From assembly GCA_951406725.2 (NCBI GenBank), contig OX597836.1:12152001-12216000 (forward strand): 64,000 nucleotides of DNA, in the 5' to 3' direction. This stretch comes from Octopus vulgaris. Its lineage: Eukaryota. This document shows, piece by piece, positions 37,905 to 51,897 of this stretch. Position 1 is the first letter of the stretch. Every line of letters begins with the position of its first letter. Made by a program: the position numbers and the translations under genes. A model generated the notes under the pieces. The model was not told the DNA's origin. It did not search any database and was given only the letters and a program-made list of their open reading frames with translations.

Positions 37905-38825
37905 AAAAGCATGCAGCAAAGATTGCATTCACTGCCCTGCTGGCCCAACTTGTAAAGAAATAAATTTAGATAACAAATTATTATGTTATTCAGGGTCTAA
38001 ACTTAATCGGTGTAGATAGAATGAAATTTTTGGTTCAAACATTTACCTGCTGGCTGTATCGCTCTTACTTGTCTTAAGAAGAACCAGCAACAGGAACTGC
38101 CTTCACTGCCTTACTGACCCAAGACTAAATTGTTCGAAAATAAAATTAGGAAACAAAATATTGCCCAGGATTTAAACTTAATCACAGGTAGATGAAATGA
38201 AATTTTGGTTGAAGTATTTACCTGCAAATGTCCTGGTTGTATTGATTTTGCTTGTCTTAAGAAGAACCGGCAACAGAAGTTGCTTTCACTGCCTTGCTGA
38301 CCCAAGACAAACTTGTCAGAAAATAAAATTGGGGAAGAAAAAATCGCCCAGGATATAAACTTAATTGCTAGTAGACGAAATGAAGGCCTGGCTCAAAACA
38401 TTTACTTGGAAATGCCCTGACTTGGCAGTGGCTGGCTTCATCAGTCTTGCTTGTCTCAATAAGAACCAGCAGCAAAAGTTGGATTCACTGCCCTGCTAGC
38501 CCCTGACTAACTTGTAAAGAAATAAGATTGAGAAACAAATTATTAATATCATCATCCCAACAGGATTGAAACTTAATTAGTGGTTGATGAAATGAAATCT
38601 TGGTTGAAATATTTACCTGCAAAATGCTCAGGCTAGGGTTTGGCTGGCTGCATCAGTTTTGCTTGCCTGAAGCAGAAACGGCAATGAAAGTTGTACTCAA
38701 TGCCTTGCTAACACTAAACTAACTTGTAAAGGAACAAAATTGGGGAAACAAACTCTTTCTGAATATCATCTGGGATTGGAGCTTGGATCAATGACGGATG
38801 AAATAAAATTCTATACAAAACACTT
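37905..38825. repeat. Diverged tandem array of ~5 units of 175-212 bp
   Basis: aaacttaat at about 37999, 38174, 38357 and 38569, with a decayed fifth at about 38779; shared gaaatgaa...tttacctgc...cttgtc...agaacc...tcactgcc blocks. Confidence 0.88.
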
Positions 38826-38855
38826 AGTCAGGCTCTCTCTCTCTCTTTCTCTCTT

Positions 38856-38902
<47 letters not shown>

Positions 38903-39366
38903 TACATGCACACACACAACCATATCTGCTGCCACAACCTCTTGTCTGTCCTTGACATTGTGGAATGTGAAGTGGGGTGGATTTCTTGGCAAAGAATGTT
39001 AATCATTCGAAGAATGTTGAAATTTTTTAAATAACCCACCCACCTTACGGGATGCGCCCATGCAGTGCAGTTGCACACAGCTGCATATGTGTGTGTGTGA
39101 GGTATGCAGCAAAATCTATATTAATGTAGATGTGTCTGGCGGTATTTATTAATTAGTAACAAATAAAACACAACTAACTTCTTCTAGTTTGATCCTGTTT
39201 GATAATTCAACATATTTATAAACACCCACATAGAGACACACGCACACACAGATGCACTTGTGTCTGTATATGTATACACATATTCATATACATGTACATA
39301 CACACATATACATGTATCTGTATGCATGTGTATATACATGTATGTATATACATACACTCACACATT

Positions 39367-39398
<32 letters not shown>

Positions 39399-40423
39399 TT
39401 TACATGTATGTATACATGATATAGTTACATATGTATATGTGTGTGTGTATGTGTACATGAATATATGCATGAGAGTATATACACATACACACATATTCAA
39501 CGCATACATAAATACATGCATTTACACATTTGCAGACATTCACATGTATTTTGATAAATTGCTCTGAATGTGCGTGCGTATATATTTGCATGTGTATATA
39601 ACTGTGTGTATATGTGTGTGTTGAGTACACGAATGCTGCCATTCTACATAGCTTAATTAAAAGCTCCTGCTACTTGATATAGAAATTTGTCATTAATGAA
39701 GCGATCTCATTATCTCCTTTCTTATTCTAATGGAATTTCCTTTAATGGTTCAATTAATATCCTCCCCCCTCCCCTCCACCTCTCTCCCTCCCCCGTCTCC
39801 CCTTCTCTCTACCACTCTCTCTCTCTCTCTCTTTCTTTCTTTCTCTCTCCCTCTAACTCATAAGTCAGTGAAATTACTTTGTTTACGCGCTAAACAGTCT
39901 GTTGCACATTTATCTGCCATTTGCTCCCTCTCCCCGTCTGCCCGGTCTTCCCTCCCCACCTCGCCCCACTCCTCTCGCTCTCTTCGTTCGTTAATACCTG
40001 CTGACGAAGCAGAGAGCAGGTGCTTGTTCGCTTCCATTCTCCTTAACAAGGAAGACTTCAGATGAAACATTAGCAAGCTATCGGAATCAACTCTCATGAT
40101 GCAAGCTCTCCGTGTAACTCAATCCGTTGTGAGATTTCGGAAAGGACTTTGTAATACGGGTCTCCTTAGAACTTAGTCCGTTGCCACGTTTTCCAGCATA
40201 GAAACCAGATTTCTGCATGCCAAAATTTACGAAATTTACAAGCATATGTCGACTTTTATGCCAAGATGACTAAGCCTAGAATTACTTTGCTGAACCACTA
40301 AGTCGTGGGGACATAAACACAACAACACCTGTAGTGTAGGCGCAGTGGCCCAGTGGTTAGGACAGCGGACTCGTGGTTGTAATAATTCTGCCAGCTTGCT
40401 GCCTTAATAATAATAAGAAGAAT

Positions 40424-40720
40424 AGGTTTGGATAATTCACCTTTGGAAACATAGGTGGTTCGTTCAACATCCTTAAAAAACCCTTATTCAGGGACCTTTT
40501 GAGCGGGATGGGCTACTCAACCAGAAGAAAATTCTAACTGGGCCCCACCTGCAAGGTCATGTGCTGTTTATCTTGATATGAGATCACCGTGTCGTGCACA
40601 TATGGTTGTGATGCATGTGCCTCGTGTACCCTTATCAGACGGGTAGTCATGATGGGTATACTGAGCTTTGTATTATTTTACCCCAGTTTCACTTTGATGG
40701 CATGAACTGCTCTCTCACTC
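40424..40720 (+). mobile_element. Putative LINE 3' UTR fragment in (TAA)n
   Basis: Complex ~300-bp island with TAA repeats on both sides, ending ctctctcactc(aat)n. Confidence 0.5.
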
Positions 40721-41578
40721 AATAATAATAATAATAATAATAATAATTTGGCACAAGATCAGCAATGTTAAGGGAGGGATTAGTGGATTACCTGATCCCT
40801 AGCATTCTATTTTATTGAATCTGAAAAGATTAAAAGCAAAGTCAACTTTGGCAGAATTTGAACTCAGATCTCCAAAGAAGCAGAACAAATACTGCTTCCA
40901 CAAGTTGTTTTCTTTCAATGCTCTAACGATTCCCTGGATTGGAAATTTCCATTTCCAGCAAGAGAAAGAGAGAGAGAGAGAGGTATTCTTCATAAAAGCA
41001 ATTAAAAGCAATTGTTACAAATTTTCTTGGGACTACAAGAAGAGAGAGCAGCCCCCCACCCCACCTTTCTGCTATCACCAATCTCTGCAAACCAGCTCAG
41101 AGCTGACAGCTATTGGGTAATCTTCTCTTTATTGTCCAAAGAACCCTTTAAGAAATTTTGTCTCTCTCACTGCCTCACTCTTTCTCTCTCTCTCTCTCTC
41201 TTTCATCTCTCCTCTTCCTCCTCTTCCTCCTGCCACTTCCACTCTTGTAAATAGTTTTGATATAAAGCATGTCTTTATCTGCCACTGTTTGATTATTTAC
41301 GCTGCAGCAGTAACATTGAGCATTCATCATCAACAAATGGGCCGATCTGTTCGCCATTGTTTTCTCTCTCTTTCTCTCTCCCTCTCTCTCTCTCTCTCGC
41401 ACACACACCCGCATGATCTCTCTCTCTCTCACACTCTGTCTATCTATCTGTAGCTGTCAATTTCTATCTTAATTTAACTCTCTCTCTCTCTCTCTCTGTT
41501 TTTATCATTCCTTTTTATTCTGTCTATCTATCTATCTATCTATCTATCCCTCCTTCTGTCTGTCTGTCTGTCTATCCC

Positions 41579-41611
<33 letters not shown>

Positions 41612-41668
41612 GTATCTATCTATCTATCTATCAATGTATGTATGTATCTATATATATCTATCTATCTA

Positions 41669-41711
<43 letters not shown>

Positions 41712-41854
41712 GTCTATCTATGTATCTATATATCTATCTATCTATCTATCTGTCTGTCTGCTTATCTATGTTTTATCTCTGTCTATCTCTCTCTCTTATG
41801 TATCTCTTCCTATCAATCTCTGTCTGTATTTGTCTATCTGTGTCTTCCTCTCCT

Positions 41855-41886
<32 letters not shown>

Positions 41887-42514
41887 ATCCCTGTTTTCTA
41901 TATTCCTTTCTCCCTATCATTCTATCTCTCTCCCTCTCCCTCTCTCTCTCTCTCTCTATGAATTCATCTGTATCTCTATACAGCCGTTTATTCATATATC
42001 TATCACTCTATCACTATTACCTATCTCGTTTTATCTCTCTATCTCTTTTTGTCTGTCTCTGTCTCTTTCTCCCTATCTCTCTCGTTTTTAGTTCTAGATG
42101 TAGAAAAAGATTACCTTAATTGAAAATACAATTCTATCGCCCCTTTTTTCCTTTCCCTCTCTCCCCTATCTCTCTCTCCCCCTCTCTCTCTCTCTCTCTC
42201 TCTCCACCAGATTGCTCCCTCGCATCTTTTCTTTCCCGCCATCGGCCCCTCCCCTCCAATAAACTTGTCTCAATATCAATATCCACTAACTCACGTACAG
42301 GGACCATTTCGCTCCAAGAAACGGCAGATCCTTGGCGCTGTGTGTTTCACCCTTTGTCATCTCCAACAGTTACAAATCTACTCTTGCTGCCAATCTGCTC
42401 TTGTCTACCGTTTTTCCATTATTTCTTTCGGCTTCTTTTTTTTTTTTTTACGCGAAGAATTTGCATACTTCACTTCTTTCCCCTCTCACTCTCACCTTTG
42501 TTTCTTTTTGGCCT

Positions 42515-42636
42515 ATTATTATTGTTATTATTGTTATTATTATTATTATTATTATTATTGATACTATTATTATTATTATTATTTCGTTATTCTTCTTATT
42601 ACCGTTATTACTGTTTATTACTATTATTATTATTAC

Positions 42637-42706
<70 letters not shown>

Positions 42707-42726
42707 GATACTATTATTATTGATAC

Positions 42727-42762
<36 letters not shown>

Positions 42763-42808
42763 CATTATTATTATCGTTGTTGCTATCCCTTTCGTTATTA
42801 CTGTTTAC

Positions 42809-42841
<33 letters not shown>

Positions 42842-43068
42842 CATTGTTGTTCCTTTTATTCTTCTTGTTCTTCTTCTTATTATTATTATTATTATTAATA
42901 CTATTATTATTATTGTTTTTGTTCCTTTCATTATTCTTATTATTATCGTTAATACTGTTTATTATTATTATCAATATTATTATTATCATCATCATTATTA
43001 TTATTATTATTATCATTATTATTATCATCATCATCATTATTATTATTATTATTATCATTATTATTATT
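42515..43068. repeat. Long (TTA)n/(CAT)n microsatellite
   Basis: Direct reading; explains the 333-aa poly-L/I/Y ORF. Confidence 0.95.
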
Positions 43069-43956
43069 GTTTTCCTTCTGTAAACAAGCGGAGTGAAAGG
43101 AAAACTACCGCTGTGCAATGAGAGAAAATTTTTTTGTTTCTTTTGTTCGTTTTCCTTTTTTTTTTACCTTTTTATTATTATCGTTATTATTTTATTATTT
43201 TTTTTTACTTTAGATCAAACACTAAATTGTTGGTTGCTTTGTGATTTAATCATTGGTTTTATTACATACAATCTCTCTTTGTGGCCATTTTTCCCCACTG
43301 TTTATTTTCTTGTTTTGTTCAGCTGTTGTTGTTGTAGTTGTTGTTCTTATTATTCAACTGTTGGAATAAATTCTCCTTAAAGACTCTGGAATAAAGAGAT
43401 TTAAATATTTATTTTGTCTCTCTCACTCACTTTCACTTTTCTGTTTCGGATATATTTCTTTCTACAGTGTGTTCTTCAAATATATTCTTTGTCTTCTGTA
43501 ATTCTGTTGTTTTTATTTCTCTTCTTTATTTTTTTCTTTGCCTTTCTCCTCACCTATTTTTTTGTTGTCTTTCAACCCCCACTTTGTTTTCTCTGCCTTA
43601 CCTTTTGTTCACAACACGGATTTCGCTAATGACTAAAGAATGGTCGGTGAAAATAAGAAAACTGCCATAAATTTTCACAGATTGTTGAATTGTTCTTAGT
43701 ATTTTACTGGTATCTTACTGGTAAACGGGAGGCGGTTGTATCATTTGCATATTAGCTCATAATAGGTATTTCTCGGCTGTGTGCTTAAAAAGCTAGTTTT
43801 GGAAACCACAGTGATTTCAGATACATTCAAACTGCTTGACACCAGTAAGTTTTTTTACTATAGCCCAGACTGACTAAAGCCTTGTGAGTGGATTTCTGGA
43901 TTTGATAGATGGAAACTGAGTGAAGCCCCGTTGTGTGTGCAGTGGTATGACTTAAA

Positions 43957-44356
43957 CCCTTTAGCATTCTGAATACTCTGTCAAATGTAATACTTTTTTA
44001 TTCACAGTGTTCTGAATTAATTTTGCATTTTCTCATAGCTTTGAGATTTCAATGATGTGATTCTATATTTTGAGAATGACATTGTAGGATAAGTGTGAGA
44101 GGTCAGACCTGGTTGGTTTGAACATAACATAAGGAAAATATCTGGGACAGTTATGGTTAGTTTAATACTTTAGCATCCGTTCATTTATTCACGTTGTTTT
44201 GAATTAATCATGCATTCTCTTATGCCTTCAGGTTTTGATGATGTGGTTGTTTATTGTTAGAATGACATTGTAGTGTGAGAGGCTGGATATAAGTGTGAGA
44301 GGCTGGATATAAGCAGCTTGAACATAAAAAACGTTAGAGTATTAAATACTAAAGAG
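43957..44356 (+). mobile_element. Two tandem piggyBac-like MITE family 1 copies
   Basis: CCCTTTAGCATTC start; body repeated at about 43957-44165 and 44168-44356; internal tandem duplication of agtgtgagaggctggatata. Confidence 0.75.
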
Positions 44357-45192
44357 TTTAAATGCACCAGGTAGTGGGCCCTTAATATGCAAGTTCCTAC
44401 TCTGTCTCTTTCTCTCTCTCTCTCTCTCTCATCCCTCTTTTCTGTATTCCTTTCTCCCTATCATTCTATATCTCTGTCTCTCTCTATATATATCCGTTTC
44501 TCTCTCTCTCTCACTATGAATTCATCTGTATCTCTATATAGCCTTTTCTTCGTATATCTATCACTCTATCGCTATTATCTATCTGACCCTAGTAGTAGCA
44601 CCAATTAGGGACTCCAGCTATAGATTAACAAGAACATGAAATACTAGGAATGAAGAAGGCCTAGTTCTTGTTAGAACTTCCTTCTAGGAGAAAGTAACTT
44701 TCTAAAACTTACTAAAACTTACTAAAAGACATCTGCCTAAGTTGCCACTGCACAGTGGGACTAAACTAAAGGCCGTAGGTTAGGAAGCAAACATTTTCAC
44801 CACCACGCGGGGATGTTGTGACATTTATACTTTACCTAAAGGCACTGATAGAGCATGGCAAACAAAATCGCTTAAACTAGGAACTAGGAACAAAAGCAAG
44901 TTGCTGACCCTTTCGGCTGGGATTACCTTGCAACTAACAACATTTGTCTTCTGTTTACGAGTATTTATTTTGCTTCCCTTTGATTATATGGCTCTGTTTA
45001 ATAGTCTACACCTGTTTCGAAATGGATGTGGAGGGTGGCGTGTAATGTCGATTGCCTCAGTTTGTGTATGGTATTTATTTTTTTTTGTCTGTTGTTTTTT
45101 TTTTCCTTTTTTCTTCACCAGACAGATGAAAACTAAAGGGTAACACTACTCCAAGGATTATCTAAACTCTGAAGTGTGTGTGTGTGTATATA

Positions 45193-45579
45193 TCTCTCTA
45201 TATATAAACGGCAGTTTGTCTGTGCGTGTTTCTGTGTGTCTGTTTTCTCGTACCCTCACCCTGACCACGGCTTTCAACCGATTCTGATGAAACTTGACAC
45301 ACACATAGCCCAATGTCATAATTCAAAACTAACGCAGCGAAAATTTTGAAAAGTTAACCCCAGTTCTGAAAAAAATCGATAAATTCGACATGGGGTCGAG
45401 AATCAAAAAAAACAAACCACAGACTGTCTAGGGGACGCAACTCAACCTTTTTTTACTCTCAAAAAAAAATTGACCATAATTTTTTTTCCATTTTTTTGCT
45501 ATTTTTTGGCTATAACTCTCTAAAAATGCTTTATAGTTATTTCCTTACAAACCTGAGCAACGCCGGGCGATACTGCTAG
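45193..45579 (+). mobile_element. Non-autonomous Helitron (~387 bp)
   Basis: Inserted between A and T; 5' TCTCTCTATATATAAA; 3' GC-rich hairpin cctgagcaacgccggg followed by CTAG; no TSD. Confidence 0.85.
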
Positions 45580-45610
<31 letters not shown>

Positions 45611-46086
45611 GCATACACACATGCACATATAGAAAGGCAGATGATGTATATACATGTGTATATATATGTATTTCTGGATTTCTTTGACTTCTTGTTGTGG
45701 CTACTACTGCTGCCACCTCCTCCTCCTTTGCTACTGTGAATATACAAATGTGTATGTGTGTATATATGTATATATATATATATGTATGTCTGTGTGTGTA
45801 TATATACATAATATGCACACACACACACACACATATATGCATGTATGTAAATGTGTATATGTACATATATATGTATAACAATACGTATATATCTACATGT
45901 TTATATATACTGGTGTGTGTATATATACATATATCTGTAGTATATAGATGCGCACACACACACACACACACACACATCTTAAATGACATTGTATGTACCA
46001 CATTCACAGCCACCCCTTTCCTGTTTGAAAACAGCTTCACCCTTTTCCATCTTTGATATTTGTCGGCCTCTAACATTTCAAAATGC

Positions 46087-46121
<35 letters not shown>

Positions 46122-46264
46122 GCCATCTTGTTATTACAGCTGGACGCTTTGTTTCCCTTTTGTCTGCTCTTAACTCATGCGCTTCTCTTTCAGTTAAATC
46201 CCCCCCCCTTTAAATATAGAGACTGTAAAGTTTGTGATGACCATTTCTCTTTGTCATTGCCATC

Positions 46265-46645
46265 TATCATCAGCATCAGCATTTAACATCTGTTTTCCAT
46301 GCTGGCATGGGTTGGATGGCTTGACAGGAGCTGGCAAGGCCAGGGGCCATCCCAGGTTTCCATAGCCTGTTTTGGCTTGGTTTCTACAGCTGGATGCCCT
46401 TCCTAAGACCAACCACTCTATAGAGTGTAGTGAGGACATCATCATCATCATTCAGTGTCCGTTTTCCATGAATAAGTCCCAGGGTCGATTTGCACGACTA
46501 AAGGCGGTGCTCCAGCATGGCTGCAGTCAAATGACTGAAACAAGTGAAAATAGTATACAATAGGCTTCTTTCAGTTTCCATCTATCAAATCCACTCACAG
46601 GGCCTTGGTCAATTTGGAGCTTTAGTAAAAGATGTTTACCAATGA
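46265..46645. mobile_element. Cluster of RTE 3' UTR (-, 46265-46435), SINE A tail (+, 46470-46550) and SINE A fragment (-, 46562-46645)
   Basis: Homology to other in-window copies. Confidence 0.8.
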
Positions 46646-47418
46646 TGCTAATCAATCAACAAAAACCATTTATCCGATTGATATTGAACTCTTTATAACA
46701 CTTGGGAAATATCTTGGAATCAAACGTAAAGACTGACCAACCAGCCAGCCCCGCCGGTCATCATGCTGCTTACCGAATTTCAAAATATATAAACTGGATT
46801 TTCTCCAGAAGCACATTATGTCTCACTCACTAAGTCTGTGTATACATTTGTGTCGTTACCTCAGCCAAGATGAAGTGCGTATCGGAAAATTGGTCATGTA
46901 ATATTCAATTTGCCCTTGTCAAATACTACTGCAGCAAACACACTTCAAAAGCTGCAGGCGGACGGGAATCTGGAAGTGCCTATTACTTAAGAAACGATGA
47001 GAGTCTAGCTCTAAGAAACTATTATATAATTTGATAATAGTGTGCCGTGACATCAAAGACTCGGTTACGATAACTGAGAGTGTAAATTAGATTTAAGAAA
47101 CTTCTGTACTGTAAGAATCCCATTTCTTCCTCTCTTCTCACCGCCAGATTTTTAGTTTTATTTATTTTTTTTATTTTTATTTTTCGTTTTTGCTCTTTAA
47201 TTTTTTCCAATCGAAACCTGAAGCTTTCTGCTATTCACTCACATGATGCCGTTCTATGTCCCAGAGTATTGGACAGAGATTTCTGTAAAACACTGCTTAT
47301 TCATAAATAAGTAGATATAAAGAAAACTACAAAAAAAAAAAAAAAGAACAGAACTTGTGGCTATTTCATAATTCCAGTTTTATCTTCTTTCGCAGATAAT
47401 CCTATCCACTCTTATATA

Positions 47419-47870
47419 TATTTCTTTATTGCCCACAAGGGGCTAAACATAGAGGGGACAAACAAGGACAGACAAAGGAATTAATTCGATTACATCGCCC
47501 CCAGTGCGAAACTGGTACTTTATCTATCAACCCTGAAAGGATGAAAGGCAAAGTCGACCTCAGCGGAATTTGAACTCACAACGTAACAACAGAAGAAATA
47601 CTGCTAAGCATTTTGCCCAGCGTGCTAACGTTTTTGCTTGCTCGCTGTCTTCCTACCTACCCTTGTATAATATATATATATATACACATACATACATACA
47701 TACATATACACAGTGGGCTTCTTTTAGTTTCCATCTACCAAATCAGCTCTCAAGTCTTTAATTGACTTGAGGCTATAATAGAAGACACTTGTCCAAGGTA
47801 CTACGCAGTGGGACTGAACCTGGAACCATGTGGTTAGGAAGAAGGCTTCTTACCATACACCCGTGGCTGC
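47419..47870 (-). mobile_element. SINE family B (47419-47645) and SINE family A 5' half (47713-47870)
   Basis: Homology to other in-window copies. Confidence 0.85.
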
Positions 47871-48576
47871 ACTTTATATGTGTATGTATATATATATATA
47901 TATATATATATTATATTAAATAGGGTAAAATCTTTATAAGAATTTATCAAGTAGTTAGCATGAAAAGCCTCATAAGAGAGAAATCCACCTATTTTTTCTC
48001 TTAAATATATTTATTTATATTATATAGAGGGCATTACTATACATAAATGCCACTCGCTAGGAGGGGACTTTCAGAGTCCCTCCTAGTAATGCCCTGTATA
48101 TAATAATATATTTATATTTCTGACATGCCACCACTATTGTGAGGTTGTAGTAATGTTGACATGTCTTGTGTATATCATGATCAGGCACTCTGCACTTTCA
48201 CAGACTCGTCAAACAATTGTAGGCCTTATTTGGAAAACACAGGGAAAGGTTGGTGACAGGTAGAGCACCCAACCATGGAATCCAGCCTCCAGTAAATAAA
48301 TCTCAGTTCAAGCTTGTTTCAGCAGCATGGAAAAGAAGAATACTGAGCAAATAAACAGTGAACCGTGGTTTGGTAGTATATGCTGTGTGGAAGGGTGATG
48401 TGTGTTACTAAGTGATTATGGATTCTCTGTTGGTCATATTTATACTGAGACAGGCACCTATACACACTAGTATACGTATGGAATGATACATAGTTGTAGG
48501 TGTATATATAAGAATTATATACGCATATATGCATATTTCTACTTATGTATATATTCACATACATATATATATTTAT

Positions 48577-48628
<52 letters not shown>

Positions 48629-48633
48629 GTGTG

Positions 48634-48678
<45 letters not shown>

Positions 48679-48707
48679 ATATATATATATGTATGTGTGT
48701 GTGTGTG

Positions 48708-48742
<35 letters not shown>

Positions 48743-48783
48743 GTATGTGTGTGTGTATATATATATATGTGTGTGTGTGGTTT

Positions 48784-48828
<45 letters not shown>

Positions 48829-48853
48829 ATATATATATGTATGTGTGTGTGTA

Positions 48854-48886
<33 letters not shown>

Positions 48887-49314
48887 ATATATATGTATAT
48901 ATAATGCCAGTATGGAGACTGGACATTAAACAATATATGTGTTTGTATGTATATATATGTGTGTATGTGTGTGTTTGTGGCATTTTTATTTTTGGAATAG
49001 TTTTGTAATTTTTCGGGGTTTTTTTTTTATCTCAGTGTTATATTTTTGCTCAGAAGAACTTCTTCATGGAAATAATTTCTCTTTGTGTTTTTTTTTTTTT
49101 GTTCTCAATATATATATATAGTTTCAGAAAGTTTCGCGTACATATGCACACACACACACTCATTCATATACATACATATATGTACATCTATATACATGCA
49201 TATATATATCCAAACATTCTAATTGCTTTCAGAAGTGTTTAAAAGGTGACTAGTTCAGTGTGTTCTTACTGTTTTTTTTTCCCAGTGCTCATAAATTTAC
49301 GGTATATATGTATT

Positions 49315-49347
<33 letters not shown>

Positions 49348-50311
49348 ACAATTATATTATATATTTATGTATATAGTTTCTATGTGTTTACATATATTGA
49401 TGCTACATTTTGTTTCCATTAAATGTTATATTATCTATCGCTTTTATTTTGAGAAAAAGGCTGTCAGTTGTTTTTAATTGAGGTTGGCATGTGTGTGTGT
49501 TTGTGTGTGTATGCTTGCATGTGTGTGTTTGTGACTACCGCAGTAGGTTCATAATAAGGAAGAGAGAGAGAGAGAGAGAGAGAGAAGAAAGATGGTCTTT
49601 ATAGTGGTAACATGTGAAAATTACAAATAAAACCCCAGGAATTCTCATACAGTACGTATATGTGTAAGGATGTATGTATACATACTACTACTACTACTAC
49701 TACACTTTCAATATATACATACGCATAATTCTATGTATCTATATATCTGTCCATCCATGTATGTCTATCTCTTTATCCATCTCTCTCTCTCTCTCTCTCT
49801 TTCTCTCCGTATATCTATCCATCCATCCATCCACCTATTTCTATCTATCTATATATCTGTCTATCTATCTATCTATCTAAATATCTATCTGCCCATCTCT
49901 CTATATACCTGTCTGTCCATCCATCCATCTGTCCATCTATCTTCTGTCTGTCTGTCTATCTGTCTGTCCATCTATCTAACTTTCTATCCATCCATTCTTC
50001 TGTCCATTCGTCCATCCATCCATCCATCTATCCAGCCAGCCAACTAACTAGCTGCCCATCTATCTATCTGTCTGTCTAGTTATCCATCCATCCAGCAAGC
50101 CAACGATCAATCAATCAGTGTATCCATCTATCTATCTATCTATCTATTCATTTGATTAATCGATCCATCAGTCTATCTGTATCTGTCCCATTTGTCTTTC
50201 ATCTGATGGATAAATAACCACTGTTCCTCTGAATCTAGGATTCTGTAAATTTTTATATAAATACTTAATTTTCCATTTTGTGTGTATGTGTGTATACATA
50301 TCTACACACAA

Positions 50312-50640
50312 TGGGCTTCTTTTAGTTTCTGTCAACCAAATCTACTCACAAGGCTTTGGTCAGCCCAAAGCTATAGTAGAAGACACTTGCCCAAGGTGCC
50401 ACACAGTGAGACGGAACTCAGAACCATGTGGTTGAAAAACAAACAAGCTAACTTCTTGCTATACACAGACATGCATATGTTAGGCTTGTTTCAGTTTCCA
50501 TGTACCAAATTCACTCGTAACGCTTTGCTCAGCCTAGGGGCTACAGTCAAAGAAACCTGCCTAGTGTGTTACGTAGTGGGAATGAACCTGAAACCTCGTG
50601 ATTGGTAAGCAAACATCTTTACCAACACACCCACGGCTGT
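50312..50640 (-). mobile_element. Two SINE family A 5'-half fragments
   Basis: gggcttcttttagtttc...agacacttgcccaagg; second decayed copy at 50482-50640. Confidence 0.8.
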
Positions 50641-50750
50641 ATCTATACATGTAAATGTAACATAGATATAAAATATTGATAAACTGCGATATTTCATTTC
50701 TGAAAGATGAAACTAACAGTTAGCAGAAAACAAAAGACAAAAATAAACTC

Positions 50751-50782
<32 letters not shown>

Positions 50783-51194
50783 TGATATTGTTATTTTTAT
50801 CATTATTATTACTATTAACAAACAACTCTTTTCAGGCATTTTGATATTTAATCAAGCTTCATTCAAGTTTTCTTTGAAAACCAATAGAATGGATGTTTGT
50901 TATCTATAATTAAAAGTTCCTCTTTGAATCCACCTTACCAAATATGTAGAACCTCCTGCACTTGCCCATCTACAGAAAGACAAGTAAATATTTAATTCGA
51001 GTTATCTCTTGTTTGGAATTGAAAATTCCTGAGACAACCTCTGAAGCAGAAGCTGCTGTCTGCGATGACCTTTCTGTCTTGGAATGGTTCCGATCTTCAG
51101 TTTTGTTTTTTATTGATCGTTTGTGTCATTTTATTTATTTTATTTTTTTTTTGGTTTCACCGAATTCTCTTCTTTGGTTTTGTTTTGTTTTGTT

Positions 51195-51405
51195 TTATCT
51201 TTTTACTTGTTGCAGTCATTAGACTGTGGCCATGCTGGGGCACTGCCTTGAAGAATTTTTAGAATTTTTTAAGCCTGGTTACTTATTCTGTCAGTTTCTT
51301 TTTGCCGAACCGCTAAGTGACGGGGACGTAAACACACCAGCATCGGTTGTCAAGCATTGTTCGGGTGACATGCCAATATGGAAAGCAGTCATTAAACGAC
51401 GATGA

Positions 51406-51439
<34 letters not shown>

Positions 51440-51602
51440 GATGGGCCTCTTTCAGTTTCCATCTACCAATTCTACTCACAAGACTTTGGTCGGCCTGAGG
51501 TTTTAGTAAAAGACACTTGCCCAAGGTGCCATGCAATGGGACTGAACCCAAAACCATGTGGCTGGTAAGCAAGCTACTTACCACACAGCCACTCCTGTGC
51601 CT
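51195..51602 (-). mobile_element. SINE family A, near full length, with a short RTE-tail insert
   Basis: 5' end ccacacagccactcctgtgcc; tail ttacttgttgcagtcattagactgtggccatgctgg. Confidence 0.85.
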
Positions 51603-51897
51603 ATATATATATATATAAATATATATAGTGTACTGTTCCATGATGGTAACAGAAAAAGTACTCTATATATTGTTTATTAAGTTATATATATACACACGCA
51701 TAAACACACATACATACACATTATAGGTTTCTTTTTTCAGTTTCTGCTTACCAAAATCTCCTCATAAATTTTTCTCAGCTGTGTTGTGTTATTGCGGGAC
51801 CTGACCGCCAGTCAGATGGTTATTTGAAGTAGCACCTTTGTAGTGACAATACTATAGCTTTCCTTTTGATCCACATAACCAAATAACCGACATATCT

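Noticed and set aside
42120-43121. 333-aa ORF, the longest in the track
   Set aside because: Mostly translation of (TTA)n/(CAT)n into poly-L/I/Y; no domain.
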